From positions 128,001 through 192,000 of the forward strand of contig CAWJQC010000007.1 in the NCBI GenBank assembly GCA_963844965.1: a DNA stretch of 64,000 nt, read 5' to 3'. The notes beneath the pieces were generated by a model. That model was not told the DNA's origin, did not search any database, and was given only the letters and a program-made list of their open reading frames with translations. Below, in pieces: positions 30,988 to 40,805 of the stretch. A program made the position numbers and the translations under genes. Numbering within the stretch: position 1 is the first letter of the stretch; each line of letters opens with the position of its first letter. This DNA is from an uncultured bacterium (GTDB lineage: Bacteria; Patescibacteriota; Minisyncoccia; UBA6257; 2-01-FULL-56-20).

Positions 30988-31233
30988 ATGGCTTCAAATC
31001 CCCAAAATCCTCGAAAGTTGACCCCGATTTGGAGAGCAATAATCGAGATCGGTTTCATAATCTTCCTATTCTATTCCAATCTTTTGATGGGCGAGTTTAC
31101 TCGTGCAAACGGACAAGGGAAGAGTTTGATTTTTGCTCTTCGGGACATTTTTACGATCAACAATTTCCTTATCGCCATAATTTCCGGACTTATCGGCTAC
31201 GTGGTTTTTGAATATCTTCGGAAGAAACTCTAA
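30988..31233 (+). CDS. small membrane protein
   Basis: 81 aa with two TM segments. Confidence 0.4.
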   Translation: MASNPQNPRKLTPIWRAIIEIGFIIFLFYSNLLMGEFTRANGQGKSLIFALRDIFTINNFLIAIISGLIGYVVFEYLRKKL

Positions 31234-31370
31234 TGCTCTTGAGGGCCGCGTTATTCAAGCTCGAAAAAGTTCGAATCCTTGCCCCCTGCGACTTTTCGTC
31301 GCGTAATCTGAGCTTCTGGAAACATTGAAAAATATAGGGGAACTGTCCCTCGAACGGGTGCACACTCCTG

Positions 31371-31457
31371 CGGAGGGTACAGGATTCGAACCTGTGAGGG
31401 GATTTCTCCCCAACCGCATTTCGAGTGCGGCGCGTTAGACCACTCTGCCAACCCTCC
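31371..31457 (-). tRNA. tRNA-Ser (anticodon CGA)
   Basis: Acceptor ggagggt/accctcc, anticodon arm ccgca-cuCGAaa-tgcgg, long variable arm and T-loop ttcgaat. Confidence 0.85.
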
Positions 31458-31630
31458 ATTTCTATGCTTGACTTATTTTCAACTCCGTTTTTGATTTTAT
31501 ATCAAGTGTGCGGAACTGGCAATTGCCGCTAAACGCAAACCGGATGGCCGGATTGTTATGCTCTTGACTAAGGAAAACGGCGGACTTACTATGGTTGAAG
31601 CTTTGAACGCAATACGGATAAGGAGGGAGA

Positions 31631-32002
31631 ATGCAGGGTTTATCCGAAGAAGCCAACCCCGATCTTTCCAATATTGATTTCTCAGACATCATGGCCCTAG
31701 AGATGGTTGTGAGAAAAATCGTGAGCGATGCCGGAATCGGCGAGCACTGTGCTGTTATCGGCGGTTCCGAGGAGAATAGGGTTGTGGTCGTGAAATGCGG
31801 GAAGTTTTCGTGGGGACCGGATTGCACGGCCGCCACCCTGAGATATGTTGATGGTCCCGTCCTGTGTAGCGTGAGGCATCTCAATGGTGCCGTGGAATGC
31901 ACCTTGCATCTGTGCGCCAGAAAAAAACTTTCTCCCGAAAGTTACGAGGAGCTCGTGCATTGCATGGAAGACAGCGGCTTCCATGTGACCGTTGAGGCCT
32001 GA
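31631..32002 (+). CDS. hypothetical Cys-rich protein
   Basis: Strong SD sequence (aaggaggga) before the ATG and a TTGACT-17-TACTAT promoter-like sequence upstream. Confidence 0.4.
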   Translation: MQGLSEEANPDLSNIDFSDIMALEMVVRKIVSDAGIGEHCAVIGGSEENRVVVVKCGKFSWGPDCTAATLRYVDGPVLCSVRHLNGAVECTLHLCARKKLSPESYEELVHCMEDSGFHVTVEA

Positions 32003-32089
32003 GGTTGAGCGGGTGGAAAATTAAGTATTATGTATGTGCCGTCCCTTTGTGGGACGGTATTTTTTTGTCTGACTGCTCTGAACAGCGCG

Positions 32090-32189
32090 TTTTGCGACTG
32101 CTCTGCTGTTGCAAAACGCGCGTGGGGTTTTGCGACAAATTACCGATTTGTTGCAATAACCCCCGTTTTGCGACACTTTGTGATATAAT
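32090..32189 (+). promoter_or_regulatory. Three TTTTGCGAC direct repeats at exact 38-bp spacing (32090, 32128, 32166), interleaved with TTGCAA(A/T)AAC repeats and ending in a TATAAT box at 32184-32189, upstream of xer
   Basis: The periodic 9-mer repeats are directly visible. Confidence 0.45.
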
Positions 32190-32196
32190 GGAATCA

Positions 32197-33108
32197 ATGT
32201 CGGAAGTAGAAAATTTGGTTCGGGACTACCTGAATTATTTGGAAATAGAACGGAATCGCTCGCCGAAGACGCGGGAAAATTATGAGCGGTATCTTAGGGA
32301 ATTTTTTAAGTTTTCAAAAGCGAAAACGCCCAGCGACATTACGGAATCCGCCGTGCGGGATTTCCGCATGTACCTCGCTCGCCCCGCCAATCGTGGCGGG
32401 GTAAACCGCAGCATAAAAAAGGTGACGCAAAGTTATTATGTGATAGCCCTGCGTAATTTTTTGAAATATCTCGCGAGGCACGACATAAAAGTTCTGGCGC
32501 CGGAAAAGATAGAGCTTCCCAAGATTCCCGAACGGCAGATTGAAGTTCTGGAATACGGCGACCTGGAACGGTTGCTTGCCGCACCGAAAGGCACGGACCT
32601 CCGCAGCCTGCGCGATAAGGCGATACTGGAACTTTTCTTTTCAACCGGTCTGCGGCTTTCCGAACTGTGCGGTCTTTCGCGTTACATTGACCTCAAGCGC
32701 GGAGAGTTGTCCGTCCGCGGCAAGGGCGACAAGTTGCGCGTCGTCTTCCTCTCCGATTCCGCGAAAAAAGCGATACAGAATTATCTTGATAAGCGGACGG
32801 ACGCCGAAGAGGCGCTTTTCGTGAGTTTAACCAGGGCGGGGAAGGTTATCGGCAAAATAATTCCGCGGGCGGTTGAGAGAATCATAGAACGGCGCGCGCG
32901 CGAAGCCGGCATCGCGAAAAAGATACATCCGCACCAATTGCGGCATTCGTTCGCGACGGATCTGCTCGTGAACGGCGCCGACCTGCGTTCCGTTCAGGAA
33001 CTTTTGGGCCACGCGAACATTTCAACCACACAGATTTATACGCATCTCACGAACAAGGAACTAAGAGAGGTCCACGAGGCGTTCCATGCCCGCCGCAGGA
33101 AAGAATAG
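32197..33108 (+). CDS. tyrosine recombinase, XerC/XerD family
   Basis: HPHQLRHSFATDLL and LLGHANISTTQIYTHL catalytic motifs. Start placed at the ATG downstream of the -10 box. Confidence 0.85.
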   Translation: MSEVENLVRDYLNYLEIERNRSPKTRENYERYLREFFKFSKAKTPSDITESAVRDFRMYLARPANRGGVNRSIKKVTQSYYVIALRNFLKYLARHDIKVLAPEKIELPKIPERQIEVLEYGDLERLLAAPKGTDLRSLRDKAILELFFSTGLRLSELCGLSRYIDLKRGELSVRGKGDKLRVVFLSDSAKKAIQNYLDKRTDAEEALFVSLTRAGKVIGKIIPRAVERIIERRAREAGIAKKIHPHQLRHSFATDLLVNGADLRSVQELLGHANISTTQIYTHLTNKELREVHEAFHARRRKE

Positions 33109-33135
33109 CTGGCCGGTTTCCACGGATGTTTTCAA

Positions 33136-34519
33136 TCAAAGTCCGTAAGTGAACGGCGCGGCATAAAGGAAACCAGCGAAGCTCAAAATGGCGATGACGG
33201 CGAGTACCGCGCCCCGCCGAAGCGTAAGAGAATTCCAGTCGTCAACTTTCAGTATCTTCGTTATGGACCAGACGAGAAGGCCAATGGCGAAAATGTAGGC
33301 GGGGAAGTAGTGGTAAAGAAACGTGCTGCGGCGAACGATTGTGGCGAAGGGCAGGATGGATACAACGAAACCGGCGAGGAGAACGAAAAACGGCTTGTTC
33401 TCCCCGAAAGCGCGTGTTCGGAGGAATTTTTTAAGATAGCGCGGCAGGATGGCCAAGGCGCAGATCGCGGCGAGAGTACTTGAGTACCAGATGAAGGGAT
33501 TGCCGGTAAGGACAATTTGTTTCACGTGGTTCGCGACTGTCTCGTAAAAATATGTCATGGGAATTTGCATCGCCGGCCAGAGAGTACCACGGACTCTGAA
33601 GTATATTTGGACTACCCACGACATAGTTGCCGAAAGAAAAGAAGAGATCGGCAAGCGGAGCTGTGAGGTAGGGGAGACGAGGTGTTGCCGTGTAGGATAT
33701 CATGCCCAAAGATTTCAGAACGTCCAGATGCTCCATCGGCGTAAATATCGCGTAATTTACGGAAAAGACAATAAGGAACACAAGCACCGCGGCTATAGAA
33801 AATTTTTTCAGGTCGCTTTTCTCTGCAGCGGTTTCGCCGGTTTTTTTCTTCAGTAGATAATAAATCAAGAGGGGTCCCGCGAATACTACGGCCGTCATCT
33901 TCACTCCCAAGGCGAGTCCCCAGACGGCGCCCGCGGCCGTGGGCCACTGCGGTTTTTTGAAATAAAGCGCTAGAGCGGCAAAACCGAAAGCGAGGTACAT
34001 CCCGTCCATGAGAATCAGGCGCGTTTCAAGAAGCAATGCGTTCTCAAGTGTCAAAAATAACGCCCCTAAGATGGCGCCAATATTCGGCACGCCAAGGCTT
34101 CTAAGGAACCAATAAAAAATTAAGGCGAGCGCCGCGCCGAAAATCGCGCTCACTACTCTCAGAGGTATGTATGGAAAATTATTGAATGGTGAATTGCCGC
34201 CGGTAACGGTTATCTCGTCGCCGCCGGCTTTTTCTTGGCCTTTGATTATTACGAAATCGGTATTCTTGACGTTCTGCGGCGTTGCCGCGAGGGACAGGGT
34301 CGCCGAGTAGATTAACTTGCCGAACGGCGGATGGATGTCAAAGAACGGCACGCCCTTCACGTAATCCGCGGCGTAGGTCGCGAAATGCGCCTCGTCAAAA
34401 ACCGGTCGCGGCGGATAAGAAATATTCAAAAGGTGAAGATAAAAGCCGAGAGCCGTTATGGCGACAAGCGTGGCGAACGTGAAAATTTTATTTTTGGACA
34501 TTTCCGTTTTTCCGACCAC
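33136..34519 (-). CDS. GT39/PMT-family (ArnT-like) membrane glycosyltransferase with a frameshift within 33431-33654
   Basis: An N-terminal FDEAHFATYA motif, with the C-terminal TM region continuing in an overlapping frame (ORF 33136..33654). Confidence 0.7.
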
Positions 34520-34613
34520 CCATTTCCCCTTTTGTTTAATCTACCAGATTATAAAACAAAATCAGCCAATCGCAAGGAGTAACAAAAACCCCGCCAGTGG
34601 GGATTTTTATTGC

Positions 34614-34633
34614 TCGTGGACCTGGGGGGAATC
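34614..34633 (-). repeat. Exact 20-nt copy of the 3' end of tRNA-Ala(GGC) (tcgtggacctggggggaatc), preceded by its own terminator-like hairpin
   Basis: Identical to 34805-34824. Confidence 0.7.
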
Positions 34634-34807
34634 TCACGCGCTCGGTCGCCTGAGGCGACCTGTGCTTTTTAAAACCCTCGGTTTTTAATATTTTCCTACA
34701 CGGGGAACCGAGCGCGGTTCCCCGACCCCCTCCGCTGTTCGATTCCCTCAAAACCAGGTAACAAAAGAAAAAGGCGGCCGTCGCCGACCGCCTTTTTCTT
34801 TTGTTCG

Positions 34808-34878
34808 TGGACCTGGGGGGAATCGAACCCCCACCTCTTCCATGCCATGGAAGCGTTCTGCCACTATACTACAGGCCC
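34808..34878 (-). tRNA. tRNA-Ala (anticodon GGC)
   Basis: G3:U70 pair, anticodon arm cttcc-atGGCat-ggaag, T-loop ttcgatt, discriminator A. Confidence 0.8.
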
Positions 34879-35244
34879 ATTGGCAGATTTTGATCTGTTA
34901 TTCTTGAACTCGGGAGAATGTATCGTGTCGTAGATGCTGCCGTTCGGATTGATTATTATCGCCTTTATAACGGTTTCTATTGTTGGGTTGTCTGTTATAG
35001 TTTTGCCGTCTTCATCTTCCTTGCAGATCGGGATTTTATCCATTTTCATTAGGTGGTGGGCGACGCCGTTCATTGAAATAATAAACTGCGTCGGCGTTTT
35101 TTCAATGCCGAATCTATATCCATCCTCTTTCAATTTCGCCGCCACCTTCTCCACGCGTCCATCAATCTCCCTCATCTTTTCCATTCTCTGTCTTTCTAGC
35201 TCTTTTCCTTGCTCGGCAGTTACATATCCGCCGTTTGTTTTCAT
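34864..35244 (-). CDS. hypothetical protein
   Basis: 126-aa ORF whose 3' end overlaps the tRNA 5' end by about 15 nt. Confidence 0.35.
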   Translation of the reverse strand: MKTNGGYVTAEQGKELERQRMEKMREIDGRVEKVAAKLKEDGYRFGIEKTPTQFIISMNGVAHHLMKMDKIPICKEDEDGKTITDNPTIETVIKAIIINPNGSIYDTIHSPEFKNNRSKSANGPVV

Positions 35245-35258
35245 CGTCTTGCACTTAC

Positions 35259-35510
35259 TTATTTTACAGGCTGATTATCCGCGGAGGAAGATTTCTTGCT
35301 GAAAACGTAGAGATACAAAATCTCCAAAATGCCGACCGTGTTTACTACAAGCAAAACAACAAACCAAATTTTACTGCCCAAGTGTGCTGCTCTCCATAGG
35401 GCAAGGCCCTTCCACGCGAGCGACCAGATGACGAGGATGGCGAGGACGAATCCCGCGCCCGCGCTGAGCGCGCCGAAGCCGAACACGGCGCCCAACGAAT
35501 TACTCCACAT
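35259..35510 (-). CDS. small membrane protein
   Basis: 83 aa with two TM helices. Confidence 0.4.
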   Translation of the reverse strand: MWSNSLGAVFGFGALSAGAGFVLAILVIWSLAWKGLALWRAAHLGSKIWFVVLLVVNTVGILEILYLYVFSKKSSSADNQPVK

Positions 35511-35615
35511 ATATTTGTTAATAATGTCCGATGTTTGCGACCTTTGCCTCTCAAGCCATAATCATTTATAGTTTATACGATTCGCCCCCGTAGTTCAACT
35601 TGTTTCGCATTGGTT

Positions 35616-35687
35616 CCCCTTGTAGCTCAACGGATAGAGCAGTCCCGTCCTAAGGGAAAGATGAGGGTTCAATTCCTTCCAAGGGGA
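35616..35687 (+). tRNA. tRNA-Arg (anticodon CCT)
   Basis: Acceptor ccccttg/caagggg, D-stem gctc/gagc, anticodon loop guCCUaa, T-arm gaggg-ttcaatt-ccttc. Confidence 0.8.
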
Positions 35688-35835
35688 CACGGAGTACCAG
35701 TTTCCATTTTGAAGAATCGTAGTTCGTCTTTCCCAGCGGAGCCGCCTTTTTGTTTTCGTGTTAAAATTTACTTATGCCCGGTAGTAGAACTGTGATATCG
35801 GGCAATCAATAAAAATCGCAGTTCACTATCGGACT

Positions 35836-36327
35836 ATGCAGGAATATCTGGGCGAAGCCGTAATTTTGAACCGCGAGCCTGTGGGCGACCTTGACCTGCG
35901 CCTTTCTATTTTTACGAAGCGGTTCGGTAAGTTTGTGGCGAAGGCCAAGAGCGCGCGCAAGATAACTTCCAAGCTTGCCGGACACTTGCAGCCCGGAAAT
36001 CTTGTTGACGCAAGGATTGTTGAAAAGAATGGTCTGCAGATAGTTGATGTGCTGAAAAAACTGCGGCTGAGTATTGCTCCTGCCGATCTGCATCGCCTGA
36101 ATTTGATTCTCGCGGAAGCCGAGCCGGATTTGCGACTCTGGCGCGAGCTTGTAAGTGGCGAATTCGGTTGGCCGGAGGTGTTGAAAATTTTGGGGTGGGA
36201 TCCCAGCGTGGCGCGATGCGGCGCTTGCAATAGCGCGGAGAAGCTCGCTTTCAGCATTCCCGGGCAGGATTTTTTTTGCGGGAATTGCGTTTCAAAATTG
36301 GACCAGAATGAGGTAATATATATTTAA
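35836..36327 (+). CDS. recO: DNA repair protein RecO (short form)
   Basis: N-terminal OB-fold region (EAVILNREPVGDLDLRLSIFTKRFGK) and a C-terminal CxxC...CxxC zinc motif. Confidence 0.75.
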   Translation: MQEYLGEAVILNREPVGDLDLRLSIFTKRFGKFVAKAKSARKITSKLAGHLQPGNLVDARIVEKNGLQIVDVLKKLRLSIAPADLHRLNLILAEAEPDLRLWRELVSGEFGWPEVLKILGWDPSVARCGACNSAEKLAFSIPGQDFFCGNCVSKLDQNEVIYI

Positions 36328-36329
36328 TG

Positions 36330-36420
36330 TCTGTTGATTAACGAATTAACGGATTGCGTATTAACGGATTCGGTTTTTGATTCGTTAATTCGTTGATGCG
36401 TTAATAAATAATTTTTAACT
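36330..36420. repeat. Palindromic element built from TTAACG(A/G)ATT repeats and their inverse
   Basis: ttgattaacgaattaacggattgcgtattaacggattcgg ... gattcgttaattcgttgatgcgttaata. Confidence 0.5.
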
Positions 36421-36423
36421 CGT

Positions 36424-38252
36424 ATGTCACCGAGCAACAAGTACAACGAAAGTTATATTTCGCCTTGGGAGGGTGATAAAGACGCCATGGTGGGCAAGAG
36501 CGGAAGGTCTAAATCGGCGAAGCACCGCAACCGCGGCCCCATATTGATCGCTGTGGCGGCGCTTATCGCGGTAATAGCCGTCTTATTTTATTTCGCGTTT
36601 CTGCGGAAACCGGCGGGGCCGGATGTGGGCATGGAATTTCTGAATCCTGGAGCGATACTGGCCGGCGACGGGTTCACTCTCACAGTTTCGATTTCCAATT
36701 ATTCGGACATTGTTCTCCGGGACGCGAGGGTTTCGCTTGTTCTGCCCGACGGCGTTTCGTTTACGGAATCGCAGGCCGACCAGCGCGTTGATGAGAGAAC
36801 CATAGGCGATTTCGGGCCCGGGAGCGTCAATCAACAGTCCTTTAATTTGATAGTTACGAACGGCAGCAATGTATTGAAACATATCCAGGCTAAATTTGAC
36901 TACGCGACGGGCGGGAGCACAAGCGCCGAATTTGAGAGTGTCGGAGAATATGATCTCTCGGTTGGGCAACCGGCAATCGGTTTGAATCTGAGCGCGCCGC
37001 AGAGCATTTTCAACAGCCAGGATTTCACAGTCAAGGTTTCGTACATAAACAACACCAGCCACGATTTCAAAAATTTGCATTTAAACGTTGATTATCCGCC
37101 GATATTCGGATTCAAATCCAGCACGATGCAGCCCGAGTCCGGGAGCAATAATTCTTGGGATTTAGGGACGCTCGCTTCCGGCTCCAGCGGCGTTATATCC
37201 ATAACCGGCAGCGTTGTTGGGCCGGAAAAGTCGTTTTTCAACTTCGGCGCTTCTTTAACATCCGACCTTATGGGTAATACTTACACGATCAATAGCCAGA
37301 CGGCGTCCGTGGCCATTTCCGCGGCGCCGCTCGCGCTTCAAGTCACGCGCCGGAGCACGGCGGATAATGCACTGCATGCCGGTGACCCCGTTACTTACAA
37401 TCTTAATTACGTGAATAATTCCGATGTTACCATGCAGGACGTTACGATAAGCGCCAAACTTACCGGTGAAATGTTTGATTTCACGACGGTTGACACCAAA
37501 GCCTACTTTAATTCGCTGACCGATACGATTAATTGGTTCGCGGCGAACACTCCGGAGCTCCAGAGCATCGCTCCGGGACAGGGAGGGTCGGTTGCTTTCG
37601 CGATCAAAGTCAAAGATTCTTTTCCGATCCGGCTGATGAGCGACAAAAATTACACCTTGCGGCTGGACGCGCAGATTCATCCCCGACGGTTCCGGCAAAT
37701 ACGGCCGCGAACAAGACGGTTTCCATTGCCAGCATTGAAGACAAAGTCGCGGGAAAAATTGATCTGGCGGCGGAAGCGTATTGGCGCGACGCGCAGAGCG
37801 GGATTTTAAATCAAGGGCCTTACCCGCCGAGAGTGGATCAGCCGACGCAGTACACCATACACTGGCGGCTCACAAATTATTCCACAGACGTGGCAAATAT
37901 CACGGTTTCGGCGTATCTGCAGTCAGGCAGCCGGTTCACTGGAGTTGTGAGTTCCAATATCGCGAGTAGCACGCCGACGTACAATCCGGATTCCGGCCTG
38001 GTTACGTGGCAGGTCGGTTCTTTGCCGGCAACGAAAGGGATCACTGGAGCTCCGGCCGAAGCGGTTTTCCAGATAGAAAACACGCCGTCACTCACGCAGG
38101 TCAACCAAAACGTGTCGCTTCTGGGGGAAACGAAAGTTGAGTGGACGGATTCTTTCGTTGGAGCGGTGTACGACGCTACTGCTCCGCCGCTGGACACCTC
38201 CCTTCCGTATGATAAAACGATAACGGATACAGGCAGGACGGTGGAGAATTAG
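36424..38252 (+). CDS. large secreted surface protein with repeated beta-rich (DUF11/CARDB-like) domains; -1 frameshift near the C4 run at 37681-37684
   Basis: N-terminal TM helix and Ser/Thr/Asn-rich repeats. The frame change is recovered by ORF 37533..38252. Confidence 0.55.
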
Positions 38253-38310
38253 AAATTAGGAAGCAGAAAATAGAAAACAGGGATATGCCCAAAACAGATA
38301 AAGGCGATTA

Positions 38311-39675
38311 ATGGACAAGATTGTGTCTTTGGCGAAGCGCAGAGGGTTTATTTTCCCCGGCTCGGAAATTTATGGAGGACTTGCCAACTCCTGGGATTAT
38401 GGGCCGCTTGGTGTGGAGCTCAAGAATAATATCAAAAATTTCTGGTGGGACAGATTTGTGCACAGGCGCGACGACATCGTGGGATTGGACGCGGCTTTAA
38501 TAATGAACCCCAAGGTGTGGGAAGCGAGCGGTCATCTCAAAGAATTTATTGACCCGTTGATTGAATGCAAAAAGTGCCACGAACGCTTCCGCGCCGACGA
38601 GCTTTTTAAAAAAGGCAGCTGGAAGAAAGAGCAGGAATTCTTGGGAACGCTTTCGGAAGCCGACAAAGAGAAAAGGGTCCGCGACCTGTTTGACAAATGC
38701 CCGAGTTGCGGTGCGGAAGACCAGTTTACGATACCGCGCAATTTCAACATGATGTTTAAGACGTTCATCGGCCCCGCCTACGGCGAGAAATCCGTCGCTT
38801 ACTTCAGGCCGGAAACGGCGCAGGCGATGTTCGTTGATTTCAAGAGTATTTTGAACACAACGCGCAAGACCGTTCCTTTCGGCATCGCCCAGGTTGGAAG
38901 GGCGTTTAGGAACGAAATAACGCCGGGCAATTTCGTTTTCCGGACAAGAGAATTTGAGCAAATGGAAATAGAATATTTCATCCGCGAGAAGGACTGGGAA
39001 AAATATTTTGACTATTGGCGCAAGGAGATGCTGGATTGGGTCGGGGATCTGGGTATCAAACCGGCGCGCATCCACGAGAGCGAAATCAAAGAGGAAGACC
39101 GCGCGCATTATTCGTCAAAAACCGTGGATTTTGAATACAATTTCCCGTTTGGCAGAAAAGAACTTTACGGCTTGGCGTATAGAACGGATTTTGACCTCAA
39201 GAATCATGAAAAGTTTTCCGGCGCTAACCTGAAGTACCGCGATCCGAAAACCGGAGAGGAGTTCTGGCCGCACGTCATTGAGCCGAGCATGGGTGTTGAG
39301 CGCCTTTTGCTTGCCGTAATGCTTGAAGCGTATGCCGAGGATGGCGACAGAGTTATTTTGAAACTTCCGGCAAAATTGGCGCCGCATAAGGCGGCGGTGT
39401 TTCCGCTCTTGGCCAACAAGCCAGAACTTATAAAGCTCGCAAAGAAAATATATGACGATTTGCGCCAACAGTTCGTGGTCGCTTGGGACGACCGCGGCAA
39501 CATCGGCAAGCGCTACTACGCGCAGGATGAAATCGGCACGCCCTGCTGCATCACCGTTGATTTTGATTCGCTGGAGGAGGACGACGTTACCGTGCGTGAT
39601 AGAGATACGGCGAAACAGGAGAGGATTAAAATAGCCGAACTCGAAGAATATTTGAAAGAGCACATAGGACCATGA
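38311..39675 (+). CDS. glyQS: glycyl-tRNA synthetase (alpha2 dimer type)
   Basis: Class II motifs, FRNEITPGNF, a zinc-ribbon insertion (CKKCHERF...CPSCG) and a C-terminal anticodon-binding domain. Confidence 0.9.
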   Translation: MDKIVSLAKRRGFIFPGSEIYGGLANSWDYGPLGVELKNNIKNFWWDRFVHRRDDIVGLDAALIMNPKVWEASGHLKEFIDPLIECKKCHERFRADELFKKGSWKKEQEFLGTLSEADKEKRVRDLFDKCPSCGAEDQFTIPRNFNMMFKTFIGPAYGEKSVAYFRPETAQAMFVDFKSILNTTRKTVPFGIAQVGRAFRNEITPGNFVFRTREFEQMEIEYFIREKDWEKYFDYWRKEMLDWVGDLGIKPARIHESEIKEEDRAHYSSKTVDFEYNFPFGRKELYGLAYRTDFDLKNHEKFSGANLKYRDPKTGEEFWPHVIEPSMGVERLLLAVMLEAYAEDGDRVILKLPAKLAPHKAAVFPLLANKPELIKLAKKIYDDLRQQFVVAWDDRGNIGKRYYAQDEIGTPCCITVDFDSLEEDDVTVRDRDTAKQERIKIAELEEYLKEHIGP

Positions 39676-40664
39676 CGGAAGTAATCGAACAGAAGGAGGA
39701 GCAGGTGGAAGCAGAAAAAGAACCGAAAATGAATTTTACGATATTTTATTCGGGTCATGTCAGAGCAGGAGATTTTGATAAATTGAAAGCGCTCTTCGAA
39801 GAAGCTGATATATACGTTCCGGAATCTATTGGATGGGATAAAAGGGAAAAGGAACTCTTTAGCAGGATGTCGGCTGGAGAGATAGACGGGGAAACATTTA
39901 AAGAAATGTTGTCGAAGTTCGAAAAAGACGACCCCGTCCTAGCCGAGGAATATAAGATAATTTACAATTCACATAAACCGATAGAATTCCTCGATGTTCC
40001 CGGAGATAATCAGACACATAAAGACACCGTGATGGCTCTTGAGGGCGAGTACGACGCTTATCTCGGTTTTTTGGACGGAGAATTTGACGAGGCGGTCTCG
40101 GAAATGAAGGGAGCTTCGGAAAAGTATGCAATTGCGCAGCAGGAACGGGAAAAGTACATAAAGTCGTTGGCGAACAGCAGATTGAAAGATTTAGTCGAGA
40201 AAAACCAGGCGCTTAAAGACAAGATTAAAAAAGGAGGCGGTATAAATGTTTTAATGAGCATAGGCGCGGATCACACGGCATTGGCCAGCGGTTTAAAAAA
40301 GGATTGGCCAGGGGGCGTAGAGACGAAATTCAGCGACTCGCCCTTTATATTCGATTATGACGCGGAATTGTACCGGCGTTATATGTTCAATAAGGAAGTT
40401 GGCGATGAATTGGTTGCCAAAGCCTTACTTTCCAGAGGATTGGTCTATAAATTTCGAAATTTTTGCAGAAATCATCAAGAGATAAGCGTTGTTTCAAGAA
40501 AAATTATTTCCGGCTTGACGTTTAATGATATAAGGAAAATTTCCGAAAGTTTGGGGGCTGGCGACGATTTGCAAAAAGCTTTTGATTCGTTGGGCAGGGA
40601 TATAAAAATCCCCGAATCGCGCGAAGAAGTAGATAAAATACTAGGAAAAAATAATAAATCATGA
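39672..40664 (+). CDS. hypothetical protein
   Basis: 330 aa. Its stop TGA overlaps the ATG of the murA leader uORF (ATGA). Confidence 0.5.
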   Translation: MTEVIEQKEEQVEAEKEPKMNFTIFYSGHVRAGDFDKLKALFEEADIYVPESIGWDKREKELFSRMSAGEIDGETFKEMLSKFEKDDPVLAEEYKIIYNSHKPIEFLDVPGDNQTHKDTVMALEGEYDAYLGFLDGEFDEAVSEMKGASEKYAIAQQEREKYIKSLANSRLKDLVEKNQALKDKIKKGGGINVLMSIGADHTALASGLKKDWPGGVETKFSDSPFIFDYDAELYRRYMFNKEVGDELVAKALLSRGLVYKFRNFCRNHQEISVVSRKIISGLTFNDIRKISESLGAGDDLQKAFDSLGRDIKIPESREEVDKILGKNNKS

Positions 40665-40805
40665 ATCCCGTTAAAAGCCCTGCCTGGCAGGCAGGCGCGG
40701 TCGCGTTGCAATAAATAAATTTATCAATACTATACTATGAAAAAGTTGAGTGAGGTAAAAAAATGTATGCAGGGCGGTACGACCGCGACCTGCTTCTAGC
40801 GGGAT
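40661..40805 (+). promoter_or_regulatory. Structured leader copy 2. The 5' arm ATGAATCCCGTTAAAAGC (40661-40678) pairs with GCTTCTAGCGGGAT (40792-40805), which covers the murA start codon. It encodes a 17-codon uORF beginning MNPVKS (40661..40714).
   Basis: The outer helix pairs with one G-U wobble and one A-C mismatch. The inner helix co-varies with copy 1 (cggtcgcg / cgcgacc). The uORF is translationally coupled (ATGA) to the upstream gene. Confidence 0.5.

Noticed and set aside
31371-33108. tRNA-Ser plus an adjacent tyrosine recombinase as an integrated genomic island or prophage
   Set aside because: The recombinase lies on the 5' side of the tRNA. There are no phage or structural genes, and no direct repeat of the tRNA 3' end flanks a cargo region. 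This is more consistent with a housekeeping XerC/XerD-type recombinase.
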